This document shows, piece by piece, positions 39,388 through 48,833 of a DNA stretch of 64,000 nucleotides. A program made the translations under genes and the position numbers. Location: the NCBI GenBank assembly GCA_963779415.1, contig CAVZYA010000001.1, positions 672,001-736,000 of the forward strand, read 5' to 3'. The DNA is from an uncultured Acidobacteriota bacterium. GTDB lineage: Bacteria; Acidobacteriota; Thermoanaerobaculia; UBA5066. The notes under the pieces were generated by a model. The model did no database searches. It was given only the letters and a program-made list of their open reading frames with translations, and had not been told where the DNA came from. How positions within the stretch are numbered: position 1 is the stretch's first letter; each line of letters starts with the position of its first letter.

Positions 39388-40578
39388 TCAGGCCGTCTCT
39401 TCCACGGTGTCCTGGTAGAAGATGTAGGGATTCGCTCGAGGCGCGGTGATCATCTCCGGAACCGGGTCGAGGCCGATCTGCTCGAGGAAGTTGCCCAGCC
39501 CGATCCGCTGGATGAACTCGCCCACGCGCTCGCGGTTCTTTCCGTGCTCGGACCAGATGTCCCAGATTCGCGAGATGAGCTCCTTGATCTCGTCGTACGG
39601 GGGCTCCATCTTGATGAACGGGACGAAGACGCTGGAAAGGAGCGCACCGCCGACGATCGGGGCCTTCGAACCGATCAGGATCGCCGCGCCGCGGTCGTCT
39701 CCGGGCGCCAGTGCCTTGGGCATCGCGTTGATGCAGTGCATGCATTTCACGCAGTTGGCATTGTCGATACCGAGGGCGTTGCCGTTCCAGCTCATGCAGC
39801 GCGTCGGGCAGCGGTCGCAGACATCCTTCTGGATGTCGAGCTTGCCGCTCGCGGCGTAGGCCTTGACCTCGCCGGCGTCGATCTTGATGTCGTCCCGCCA
39901 GATCCCGATGAAGGACATGTCGGAGCGCGCCACCGAGGCCACGCAGTCGTTGGGGCAGCCGGCGAACTTCAGCTTGTACTTGTAGGGGAACGCCGGCCGG
40001 TGCAGCTCGTCCTGATAGGTCTGGGTGAAGTTGTAACAGGCGTTCAGGGTGTCGTAGCAGGCCCACTCGCATCGGGCGGGGCCGCAACAGGCGCTCGGGC
40101 TTCGCATATCGGAGCCGGATCCGCCGAGATCGAAGCCGGCCGCCGTCAGCTCGGCGAAGGTGGGCTCGAGCTCGTTCGTCTTGGTCCCCAGAAGGATGAT
40201 GTCTCCCGTCGACCCGTGCATGTTGGTCACGCCCGAGCCGTGGCGGTCCCAGATGTCGGCGATGGTCCGGAGGGCGTCCGAGGTGTAGAACCAGGCGGAC
40301 GGGTGGTTGATCCGCATGGTGTGGAACTCGGCGCACTCGGGAAATTCCTGCGGGAGGTCCGAGTAGCGGCCGATGACGCCGCCCCCGTACCCCATCACGC
40401 CGACGAGGCCTCCGTGCTTCCAGTGCCCGATCTTTTCATGGTAGGAGCGCTCGAGGACGCCCAGGAGATCCTGGACCATCGGCCTTGCGGCTTCCTTCTT
40501 GAGCTCCTTGACGAAGCTCGGCCACGGTCCGGTCTCGAGCTCGTCCAACATGGGTGTTTCTCTCTTTTTATCAGTCAT
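39388..40578 (-). CDS. dsrA: Dissimilatory sulfite reductase alpha subunit
   Basis: [51 protein letters not shown]. Confidence 0.97.
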   Translation of the reverse strand: MTDKKRETPMLDELETGPWPSFVKELKKEAARPMVQDLLGVLERSYHEKIGHWKHGGLVGVMGYGGGVIGRYSDLPQEFPECAEFHTMRINHPSAWFYTSDALRTIADIWDRHGSGVTNMHGSTGDIILLGTKTNELEPTFAELTAAGFDLGGSGSDMRSPSACCGPARCEWACYDTLNACYNFTQTYQDELHRPAFPYKYKLKFAGCPNDCVASVARSDMSFIGIWRDDIKIDAGEVKAYAASGKLDIQKDVCDRCPTRCMSWNGNALGIDNANCVKCMHCINAMPKALAPGDDRGAAILIGSKAPIVGGALLSSVFVPFIKMEPPYDEIKELISRIWDIWSEHGKNRERVGEFIQRIGLGNFLEQIGLDPVPEMITAPRANPYIFYQDTVEETA

Positions 40579-40700
40579 TGCGGCTCCTTCATTGACACGA
40601 ACCCTTCATCACGAATCGACGATCGCTGCTGTCGCTGTCGCTCAAGAACATTCGGCCTGGTGCCCCCTCCCGGGTTCACGGCGTCCGGGATTGGCTCCGA

Positions 40701-40715
40701 GCAACCCCTGTGCCG
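40701..40715 (-). promoter_or_regulatory. Sigma54 -24/-12 promoter of the dsrAB operon
   Basis: Minus strand CGGCAC-AGGGG-TTGC, about 120 nt upstream of dsrA. Confidence 0.7.
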
Positions 40716-40809
40716 GCGTGCTCCAGCGCCTCGCGGGGATCTCAAGCGGCCCGATTCCAGCTACTTAGAGGAAGCGGCTACCGAAAGGCCTCCCCGGTGT
40801 CCCGGCTCC

Positions 40810-40944
40810 GTAACCCGGCCGTAACGAGGCCGTAAAGGACCACTCCCTCCCTGGCCGAAGAACCGGTTGACCGGGGCTGGCGCGCACGACATGCGCCGGA
40901 ACTCCCCCGTTTCCTTCGGCCAAAGGGCGTCACGCCCCTGTAAC
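40810..40944. promoter_or_regulatory. GTNAC-N6-GTAAC motifs upstream of the dsrA promoter
   Basis: GTAAC at 40810, GTAAC at 40821, GTAAA at 40832 (11-nt period); GTCAC-N6-GTAAC at 40929-40944. Confidence 0.6.
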
Positions 40945-40954
40945 GGACGGCGCC

Positions 40955-42568
40955 CTAATGGAACTCCCACTCGATGTAGCCGGGCTTGACGTCGGCCATG
41001 GCGTTGACGATCAGCTCGACGAGGCCGCCATAGAGGATCTGGCTCCGGTCGAAGGCGTTGTAAGCCCGGATCAGGTCCCGGAACTGCCCCTTGCAGTTGG
41101 AGCAGGGGGTGCAGACGTACTTGGGAATCGAGGCGTCGAGCTCGCCGGCGAAGGCATCGAGGATCTGCTTCATCTTGATCCGGCCGGAGACGAGCGTCCG
41201 CCAGTTCGCGAAATTGTTTCCCGACATGATGGCGAAGCCGGAGCCCCCGCCGCAGCAGTAATTGTCCACTCCGTGAGGCTCCATCTCGCGGAAGCGCGGC
41301 GCGATCCTGCGAAGCACCCGCCGTGGCGGCTCGATGATCCCCATGGCCCGGGCGATGTTGCAGGGATCGTGGAGCGTGACCGGAAAGTCGTTGCGCGACG
41401 GGTCGAACTTCAGCGCCCCCGATTCGACGATCGCGGCGAGGAAGGGGGCATAGCTCTCGCGCGGCACGGCGAGGTCGGCGCCGAGGATCCGGTCCGCGAC
41501 GACGGCCAGCGCCTTGTGCGCATGGCCGCACTCGCCGATGACGATCTTCTTCACCTTGAGCTTCTTCGCCAGCTCGGCGTGCTTCAGCGCGACGCGGGCG
41601 AACTGGAAGTCGTCGTACCAGAGGCCGTAGTTGATCGCATCGTAGGCGACGATCTCCGAGGAGAGGGTCCACGAGATGCCGGCCTTCTGCATGATGACGG
41701 CGAAGGCTCCGGGGTTCTCGGGCCACGCCATGATCTCGCCGGCGTTGTGCATCAGCAGCACGTCGGCCCCAACCACGTCCCAGGGGGTCTCGACCTTGAA
41801 GCCGACCTTGTCGCTCGTCTCCTCGTCGATGAACTGGATGTTGTCCTTGACGACCTCGGGCGTCATCCCCGTGGACGAGCCGACCTTGAGCTGCAGGACC
41901 GAGCCGTCGGTGTGCGCCTCCCGCGCCGAGATTCCCAGCTCCTGACTGAAGAGCTTGCGCAGTTCGTGGGTCACGAGTCCGTTGTCGACGCCGATCGGGC
42001 AGGCCTGGCAGCAGCGGCGACAGAGGGTGCAGCGGTAGGACAGCTCGGCGAGGCGCGCGAAGGTGTTCCAGTTCAGCTCCGGCGCTCCCACGAGAGCGGC
42101 CTTGACCGGGTTTCCGCCGGGTCCGTACCGGGCGAGGAGCCCGCGCAGGACGTCGGCCCGGTAGCTCGGCCGGTAGACTTCGTTCTGGCCGCTCGTTTCG
42201 TAGATCGGGCAGGCCTCCGCGCAGGTCTGGCAGTGCGTGCAGTGGTCGAGGGTGAGCGTGAGCTGCTGGAGAAATCCCCAGTTGTCCTCGCGGGAGAGGA
42301 GCTTGTGGAGCCCTCTCTTCAGACCTTCCAGAAGCCGCTTCTCCTCGGCGGGGTCTGCCGGCCGCTTCAGAGCGAGTGCGGAGACGCCATCCAGCGACCC
42401 GTCGATTTGCTTGCGCTTCTCGGCCGTCAGCTCTTTCCAGAGAAGCGCCGGGTCGTCCTTGTCGTAGGGGGGCGGCAGCGGGAGGAGACGCTCGAGATCG
42501 ATCGGAGAGAGAGTGTCGGCGTTCCTGGCGATGTCGCGGACGTCCGGAATCGGCGGCTTTTCTGTCAT
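40955..42568 (-). CDS. Second DsrK/HdrD-like Fe-S protein (DsrK2-type)
   Basis: CTHCQTCAEACP, CTLCRRCCQACP, GECGHAHK, HDPCN, CCGGGSG, CTPCSNCK. Confidence 0.85.
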   Translation of the reverse strand: MTEKPPIPDVRDIARNADTLSPIDLERLLPLPPPYDKDDPALLWKELTAEKRKQIDGSLDGVSALALKRPADPAEEKRLLEGLKRGLHKLLSREDNWGFLQQLTLTLDHCTHCQTCAEACPIYETSGQNEVYRPSYRADVLRGLLARYGPGGNPVKAALVGAPELNWNTFARLAELSYRCTLCRRCCQACPIGVDNGLVTHELRKLFSQELGISAREAHTDGSVLQLKVGSSTGMTPEVVKDNIQFIDEETSDKVGFKVETPWDVVGADVLLMHNAGEIMAWPENPGAFAVIMQKAGISWTLSSEIVAYDAINYGLWYDDFQFARVALKHAELAKKLKVKKIVIGECGHAHKALAVVADRILGADLAVPRESYAPFLAAIVESGALKFDPSRNDFPVTLHDPCNIARAMGIIEPPRRVLRRIAPRFREMEPHGVDNYCCGGGSGFAIMSGNNFANWRTLVSGRIKMKQILDAFAGELDASIPKYVCTPCSNCKGQFRDLIRAYNAFDRSQILYGGLVELIVNAMADVKPGYIEWEFH

Positions 42569-42569
42569 C

Positions 42570-43475
42570 TCAGGAATCCCCTCTCTCGACAACGGCATCG
42601 GCCCAGGTCTTTTTGCCGTCCCCCTTGATGTGCGGAGCCGACCAGGAGATCGGCAGCAGCAGGAGCTTCCCCACTTTCTTGTCGTACTTCCCGTCGAGAT
42701 TCGGGGCGTCGTCCCAGCGGACGGAATGCCAGGTGAAGTACTTGGCGAAAAAGTGCGTCATGTGACTCCAAGGCAGATAGGCGAGGAAGAGACCGAGAAG
42801 CAGAACCTGCGCGGCGAACCAGGCCGGGATGCCGGTCACGGGCGTGAAGGTCACGAGCCCGTGCGCGAACGTCGCGGCCACGACGAGCTGCGGATCCGCC
42901 CAGAGGAGGCTTCCCCAGGAAGCAAAAAAGACCGCCAGGAGCAGCTCGAGGTGGAGAAAGTCTGCCGGTGTCGACGCCCGACGCAGGCCGGGACTCAGAG
43001 CGCGGCGCGCGAGCAGGCCCAGGCTGCCGAGGGTAGCCAGGGTGAGGCCGACGCCGCACCAGAGGGCCAGCACACGCCCCCCGCCGAGGCGCCAGAGTCC
43101 CGGAAGGCCGCGTACGCCCGGGATCGCGCCGACGAAGAGAGCCCCCCCCAGGCCGAAGAGCAGATAAAGGCCGTAGTGGAAGAGCAGCGAAGGGAGCCAG
43201 AGGCCGGGGTTGTGCTCCCTCACCTGCTTCAGGGTCAGCACCTCCTCGGCGATGGTCTTTACCTCGCCCAGCTTCGACACCTCCCGTGGCTTGGTCCACC
43301 AGTCCAATTCCTCGAAATACGATCCGCCGTAAGCCGCCTTCCCCTTTTCGTGGGCCACGGGGTAGAGCTCCCACCGCAGATGCTGCGGCATCCGGGCGTA
43401 GTGGACCGCCTTGTAGAGGCACCCCCCTACGAACCCGAGGAACGCGAGAGCAGCCAGAATCTGGACCAGTCCCAT
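42570..43475 (-). CDS. Second DsrM/NarI-like cytochrome b (DsrM2-type)
   Basis: HLRWELYPVAHE...GGSYFEELDWW, FHYGLYL, YLPWSHMTHFFAKYF; ATG at 43475 after GGAGG. Confidence 0.85.
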   Translation of the reverse strand: MGLVQILAALAFLGFVGGCLYKAVHYARMPQHLRWELYPVAHEKGKAAYGGSYFEELDWWTKPREVSKLGEVKTIAEEVLTLKQVREHNPGLWLPSLLFHYGLYLLFGLGGALFVGAIPGVRGLPGLWRLGGGRVLALWCGVGLTLATLGSLGLLARRALSPGLRRASTPADFLHLELLLAVFFASWGSLLWADPQLVVAATFAHGLVTFTPVTGIPAWFAAQVLLLGLFLAYLPWSHMTHFFAKYFTWHSVRWDDAPNLDGKYDKKVGKLLLLPISWSAPHIKGDGKKTWADAVVERGDS

Positions 43476-43686
43476 CTCGAACCCTCCTCCTCGGGCGACC
43501 CGAGCGCCCGGTCTCAGGGCGACGTGCCATGAGATCTTCATGCCAGCGTCAGGTTCCGCGCAAGGGAGAGGATCGATCGCGGCGGCGGCCACCCGCGGGG
43601 CACGCGGCTTCTTCCTGTCGGGCCGAGAGACGTCTTCGTGAGAATCCGATGCCGGCTCCGACCGTCGCGGGAGACCGCCGCGCCCG

Positions 43687-43719
43687 GTCACGGCGATGTA
43701 ACCGTTTCCGATCGGTAAC
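43687..43719. promoter_or_regulatory. Paired GTNAC-N6-GTAAC motifs between dsrM2 and aprB
   Basis: GTCAC-ggcgat-GTAAC (43687) and near-palindromic GTTTC-cgatcg-GTAAC (43704). Confidence 0.6.
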
Positions 43720-43868
43720 GGCACCAAGATTCGTCTCAAGTGGCTTCGCGGCCCGCAATTGAAGGGGCGGAGACGCCGGACGGGCCCGTTTCAACGAGAT
43801 CGCGCATTCCGGAAGGTCTCGGGGGCCTTTCTCTCTCCATCTACGCGGGTTGTCCGTATCGGCGTCCG

Positions 43869-43883
43869 TGGCACATGGATTGC
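43869..43883 (+). promoter_or_regulatory. Sigma54 -24/-12 promoter of aprBA
   Basis: Consensus TGGCAC-ATGGA-TTGC, 150 nt upstream of aprB. Confidence 0.78.
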
Positions 43884-44033
43884 GGAGCCTGCCGATCCGG
43901 AGAGTGTTCGCCGGCTCTCCGAAATTCTGCGCGGGAGGTGATGAAAGAGGCACGGATGAGAACGCGGCCCTCGGCGGTGGATCGACCGCCAGATATTTCA
44001 GCGAGCCCTCGAGGCCTTAAGGAGGAGTTATAG

Positions 44034-44471
44034 ATGCCCAGTTTCGTGAACCCGGAAAAATGCGACGGGTGCAAGGCGCTTGACAAGACCGCCTGCCAGT
44101 ACATCTGCCCGAACGACCTCATGGTCCTCAACAAGGAGACCATGAAGGCCTACAACCAGGAGCCGGAGATGTGCTGGGAGTGCTACAACTGCGTCAAGAT
44201 CTGCCCCACCCAGGCGGTTGACGTGCGCGGTTACGCGGACTTCGTCCCGATGGGCGCTTCGGTGGTCCCCCTGCGCTCCACCGACAGCATCATGTGGACG
44301 GTGAAGTTCCGCAACGGCACGATCAAGCGCTTCAAGTTCCCCATCCGCAGCACACCCGAGGGCCAGGCGAAACCCGATGGCGGCTTCAACGGTGCGCCGC
44401 CGATCGATGGGCCGGTCCTCTTCACCGAACCCGATTCCCTCGGCCTGCCCGCCGTGTGGACGAAAGCCTGA
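44034..44471 (+). CDS. aprB: APS reductase beta subunit
   Basis: MPSFVNPEKCDGCKALDKTACQYICP...CWECYNCVKICP. Confidence 0.97.
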   Translation: MPSFVNPEKCDGCKALDKTACQYICPNDLMVLNKETMKAYNQEPEMCWECYNCVKICPTQAVDVRGYADFVPMGASVVPLRSTDSIMWTVKFRNGTIKRFKFPIRSTPEGQAKPDGGFNGAPPIDGPVLFTEPDSLGLPAVWTKA

Positions 44472-44481
44472 GGAGGCGGAC

Positions 44482-46389
44482 ATGGCAGACTTCAAAACCG
44501 TTCAGGTCGAAACCGATCTGCTCATCCTCGGTGGCGGAATGGCCGCGTGCGGCGCCGCCGTCGAGGCGGCGTACTGGGGGAAGAAGCACGGCCTCAAGGT
44601 GACGCTCGTCGACAAGGCCGCGGTGGATCGCTCGGGCGCCGTCGCCATGGGACTCTCCGCCATCAACCAGTACGTCGGTCTCAAGGATGGCCAGAACACT
44701 ATCAAGGACTACGTCGACTACGTTCGAAACGATCTCATGGGTGTCACCCGTGAGGACCTCGTGGCCAACATCGCCCGACACGTGGACTCCTCGGTCCACC
44801 TGTTCGAGAAGTGGGGACTCCCGATCTGGAAGGACGAGAAAGGCGCATACGTCCACGAAGGCCGCTGGCAGCTGATGATCAACGGCGAGTCGTACAAGGT
44901 CGTCGTGGCCGAGGCCGCCAAGAACGCGATCGGCAAGGAGAACATCTACGAGCGCGTCTTCATCGTCGGCCCCATCCTCGAAGACGGGCGGTGCGTCGGC
45001 GCGTACGGCTTCTCCGTACGCGAGAACACCTTCTACGTCTTCAAGGCGAAGGCGGTCATTACCGCCATGGGCGGCGCCGTCCACGTCTTCAAGCCGAGGT
45101 CTTCCGGCGAAGGCCAGGGGCGCGCTTGGTATCCGCCCTGGAACGCCGGCGCCTCCGCGTACTTCACCCTCAAGGCAGGGGCCGAAATGACCTGCCAGGA
45201 GGTCCGATTCATCCCGGTCCGGTTCAAGGACGCCTACGGCCCGGTCGGCGCCTGGTTCCTGCTGTTCAAGTCCCGCGCCACGAACGGGCTAGGCGAGAAC
45301 TACATGGAGACGCGCAAGGCCGAGCTCGACAACTGGAAGCCGTACGGGCACGTCAAGCCGGTCCCGGCGAACCTCCGCAACTACCTCATGCTGCTGGACG
45401 TCATGGAGGGCAAGGGCCCGATCTCCATGCGGACCGAGGAGGCGATCCAGAAGATCGCCGCGGGCGCAGGGGACGAGAAGGCAGCCAAGAAGAAGCTCAA
45501 GGAGCTGGAGTCCGAGGCCTGGGAAGACTTCCTCGACATGACGATCTCCCAGGCCATCCTCTGGGCGGCCTCGAACGTGTCGCCGGAGGAGAAGGCGTCC
45601 GAAATCGCGGCGGCGGAGCCGTACTTCATCGGCTCACACTCCGGCGCCTCCGGCGCCTGGGTGTCGGGTCCCGAGGATCTCGCCCCCAAGGATTACTTCT
45701 GGGGCTACGACAACATGTCCACCGTGCGCGGCCTCTTCTGCGCCGGCGACGCCTCGGGCGCCTCGTCGCACAAGTTCTCTTCCGGCTCGCACGCGGAAGG
45801 GCGGATCGCCGCCAAGGCGGCTGTCCGGTTCATCGTCAAGGAGAAGATCGCGGCCCCCAAGGTGGACGCGGCGAAGATCGATCAGCTCAAGGCAGAGGTT
45901 CTGAAGCCGCTGAAGACCTTCGAGGAGTTCAAGGGCGCCACGACGCAGACCGACGTCAACCCCAATTACATCCGACCCAAAATGTTCCAGATGCGCCTGC
46001 AGAAGCTGATGGACGAGTACGCGGGGGGCGTGACAACGCAGTTCACCACCTCCGAGGTGCTTCTCAAGAGGGGCCTGGAGCTGCTCGCGTTCCTCAAGGA
46101 AGACTCGGCGAAGCTGGGCGCTTCCGATCTCCACGAGCTGATGCGCTGCTGGGAGAACGTTCACCGCATGTACCAGGCCGAGGCCCACGTCCGTTCGATC
46201 CTCTTCCGCGAGGAGACGCGCTGGCCCGGCTATTACTTCCGCTCCGACAAGCCCCGGATGGACGAGAAGAACTGGCACGTGTTCGTGAACTGCCGTCTCA
46301 ACGCCACGACCAACGAGTGGGAGATGACCAAGCGACCCATCGTTCATTCGTTCTCGAAGCCCGGGGAGCAGGAGCTCCTCGGTGGCTGA
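44482..46389 (+). CDS. aprA: APS reductase alpha subunit
   Basis: ATG at 44482 after GGAGG; RSGAVAMGLSAIN, WQLMINGESY, HKFSSGSHAEGRI, REETRWPGYY. Confidence 0.97.
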   Translation: MADFKTVQVETDLLILGGGMAACGAAVEAAYWGKKHGLKVTLVDKAAVDRSGAVAMGLSAINQYVGLKDGQNTIKDYVDYVRNDLMGVTREDLVANIARHVDSSVHLFEKWGLPIWKDEKGAYVHEGRWQLMINGESYKVVVAEAAKNAIGKENIYERVFIVGPILEDGRCVGAYGFSVRENTFYVFKAKAVITAMGGAVHVFKPRSSGEGQGRAWYPPWNAGASAYFTLKAGAEMTCQEVRFIPVRFKDAYGPVGAWFLLFKSRATNGLGENYMETRKAELDNWKPYGHVKPVPANLRNYLMLLDVMEGKGPISMRTEEAIQKIAAGAGDEKAAKKKLKELESEAWEDFLDMTISQAILWAASNVSPEEKASEIAAAEPYFIGSHSGASGAWVSGPEDLAPKDYFWGYDNMSTVRGLFCAGDASGASSHKFSSGSHAEGRIAAKAAVRFIVKEKIAAPKVDAAKIDQLKAEVLKPLKTFEEFKGATTQTDVNPNYIRPKMFQMRLQKLMDEYAGGVTTQFTTSEVLLKRGLELLAFLKEDSAKLGASDLHELMRCWENVHRMYQAEAHVRSILFREETRWPGYYFRSDKPRMDEKNWHVFVNCRLNATTNEWEMTKRPIVHSFSKPGEQELLGG

Positions 46390-46402
46390 TTCCGGTTCTG
46401 TC

Positions 46403-46438
46403 GGCCCCGGGCGCCGCGAAGTGCCCGGGGCCTCTTTT
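46403..46438 (+). terminator. Rho-independent terminator-like hairpin after aprA
   Basis: GGCCCCGGGC...GCCCGGGGCC 10-bp stem followed by TCTTTT. Confidence 0.7.
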
Positions 46439-46454
46439 CCCGAGCGAGGTGGGT

Positions 46455-46799
46455 GTGTCTTCAAACAGCCCTGTTCTCACGTGTCCGCACTGCCTGCAAA
46501 CCCTGACGCCGTTTTCGCTTCCCGAGGCGGGCGGCTGGGACACCCCCTTCCAGCTCGCCTGCTTCAACGACGACTGCGCGTACTACGTCCGCGGCTGGAC
46601 GTGGATGGAAGAGCAGTTCGGCGTGAAGAGCTCGTATCGCCATCGCCTCGATCCCGCGTCCGGAACGACCTCTCCGCTCCCGGTCTGGTCGCCGACGGCG
46701 ATCCGCGACCGGATCCTCGAGGCTGACGTGGATGTCGCCGGAGCCGGCGACGCCGACGTGATCCCCGGTGAGGGCGGAAAGAAAGGGAACAAGACATGA
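46455..46799 (+). CDS. Small zinc-ribbon-like protein
   Basis: GTG start after GAGG; CPHC...ACFNDDCAYYVRGW..M......SYR; hidden at the 3' end of ORF 44811..46799. Confidence 0.7.
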   Translation: MSSNSPVLTCPHCLQTLTPFSLPEAGGWDTPFQLACFNDDCAYYVRGWTWMEEQFGVKSSYRHRLDPASGTTSPLPVWSPTAIRDRILEADVDVAGAGDADVIPGEGGKKGNKT

Positions 46800-47584
46800 G
46801 CACGGAGGCCTGCGCCCTTCCCGAGGGTCTGAAGAAACAGAGGCAGCTCGGGAGTGACGAGCCGTTCCGTTTTTCCTGCCACCCGGGCGTGGCCTGCTTC
46901 AACCGCTGCTGCGCCGACGTGAACATCCTCCTGACCCCGCTCGACGTCCTCCGGCTGGCTCGCCGGCGGGGCATGACGACGAAGGAGTTTCTCGACCGGC
47001 ACACTCTCACCCCGATCACGAAGGAGCTTCACCTCCCGCTCGTGATCCTCCGGATGAACGAAGACGAGGGGAAGCGCTGCCCCTTCGTCGGCCCGGAGGG
47101 CTGCACGGTCTACGAAGACCGGCCCTGGGCCTGCCGGATGTATCCGGTTGGGGTGGCGCTCCCGCCGGCCCGCGCGGGTGTGGAGCCGGAGCCGGTCTCC
47201 TTCCTCTTCGAGGACGACTTCTGTCTCGGCCGCGAGGAGGCCCGGCTCTGGACGGTCCCCGCATGGCGGGGCGATCAGCGGGTGGAGGAGCAGGAAGAGA
47301 TCGAAGCGGGATTCCGGGAGATCGTCGGCCATCCCTGGTTCATCGGAGGTCGGCAGCTCGACCCGAAGCGGATGGAGATGTTCTTCATCGCCTGCTACGA
47401 CCTCGATACCTTCCGCCGTCTCGTCTTCCATTCGACCTTTCTCGACCGTTTCGCGGTAGCGCCGGACGTCGTGGAGCGGATGAAAAAGGACGACATCGAG
47501 CTCCTCCGTTTCTCGTTCCGCTGGCTGAAATTCGCTCTCTTCGGCGAGCCCACGATCACGGTCAAGGAGGGGAGGCCGTCATGA
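46796..47584 (+). CDS. YkgJ-family cysteine-cluster protein
   Basis: FSCHPGVACFNRCC, CPFV...GCTVYEDRPWACRMYP. Confidence 0.88.
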   Translation: MSTEACALPEGLKKQRQLGSDEPFRFSCHPGVACFNRCCADVNILLTPLDVLRLARRRGMTTKEFLDRHTLTPITKELHLPLVILRMNEDEGKRCPFVGPEGCTVYEDRPWACRMYPVGVALPPARAGVEPEPVSFLFEDDFCLGREEARLWTVPAWRGDQRVEEQEEIEAGFREIVGHPWFIGGRQLDPKRMEMFFIACYDLDTFRRLVFHSTFLDRFAVAPDVVERMKKDDIELLRFSFRWLKFALFGEPTITVKEGRPS

Positions 47585-48833
47585 CGGTGCAGCACCCCAA
47601 GCCGATGCTGGTGGTCGGGGCGGGAATCGCCGGCATCACCGCCGCGCTCGAGGCGTCGGAAGCGGGGCGGGAGGTCCTTCTCGTAGAGCGGGAGCCTGCG
47701 GTCGGGGGCCGCGTCCTCAGAAGCTACCACTACTTTCCCAAGCTCTGCCCCCCCTCCTGCGGCATGGAGATCAATACCCGAAGGCTCGAGCGGAACCCCC
47801 GCGTGAAGGTCATGACCGGCTGCCGGGTGACGAAAGCCGCCGTCTCGGACGGCGGCTGGCATGTCACGCTGACCCACTCCCCCGCCTTCGTCAACGAGCA
47901 ATGCACGGCCTGCGGCGACTGCAGCAAGGTCTGTCCGGCGAAGGTCCCCGATCCATTCAACCTGGGAATGAACGAGGCTCCGGCCGTGCGGCTGCCGTTT
48001 CCGAACGCCTGGCCTCGCCGCTTCACGCTGGACCGCCCGGCCTGCCCTCCCGGCTGCCGGGCCTGCGTCGATGCGTGCACGTACAAGGCGATCGACCTCG
48101 CGGCGACGGAGCGCGAGGAGAGCGTGGACGTGGGGGCGGTGGTCATCGCGACCGGATGGCACCCCTACCCGCTGGAAAAGCTTTCGGAGCTGGGAGGAGG
48201 GCTCTTCCCGGACGTGATTCGAACGTCCAGATGGAGCGGCTCGCATCTCCCTCGGGACCGACGGGCGGCAGGATCCTCCGCCCGTCCGACGGGAAGCCGC
48301 CGAAGCATGTGGCTTTCGTCCAGTGCGCCGGGTCGCGGGACGTCAAGCACCTCCCTTACTGCTCGTCGGTCTGCTGCCTCGCCTCGCTCAAGCAGGCGCT
48401 CTACGTCCACGAGCAGCTCCCCGAGACGGAGGTGAGCATCTACTACATCGACCGCCGCACCCCGGGGCGCAACGAGGAGATGCTCACGAAAGTCGCCGCG
48501 ACGAGCGGCGTCAAGCTGATCAAGGGAAAGGTGGGCAAGGTGGAGAAGGGCGACGACGGCGGACTCCGCCTGCGCCTGGAGGACGTCGCCAGCGGACGCC
48601 TCCTCTCGGCCGGTGCGGACCTCGTCGTCCTCGCCACCGGCATGGTCCCCAATCTCTCCGCCGATGCCCTTCCCTTCCCGGTCACCCGGGACGACGACGG
48701 CTTCTGCCTCGACAGCCCGGAATCGAGTCTCTGCGTCGCCGGCGTGGCCCGGCGCCCCGAGGACGTCGCCGCCTCGGTGCGGGACGCCACCGGGGCCGCC
48801 GCGAAGGCCTTCGTGGCCGGAAGGAGGGCGTGA
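47581..48833 (+). CDS. qmoA: QmoA (HdrA-like), frameshifted near 48218
   Basis: VVGAGIAGITAALEA, YFPKLCPPSCG; resumes in the other frame as SNVQMERLASPSGPTGG...FVQCAGSRD..HLPYCSSVCC. Confidence 0.9.

Noticed and set aside
43531-43545. Minus-strand TGGCAT-GAAGA-TCTC as a sigma54 promoter for dsrM2K2
   Set aside because: Good -24 box but no GC at -12; cannot be supported without TSS data
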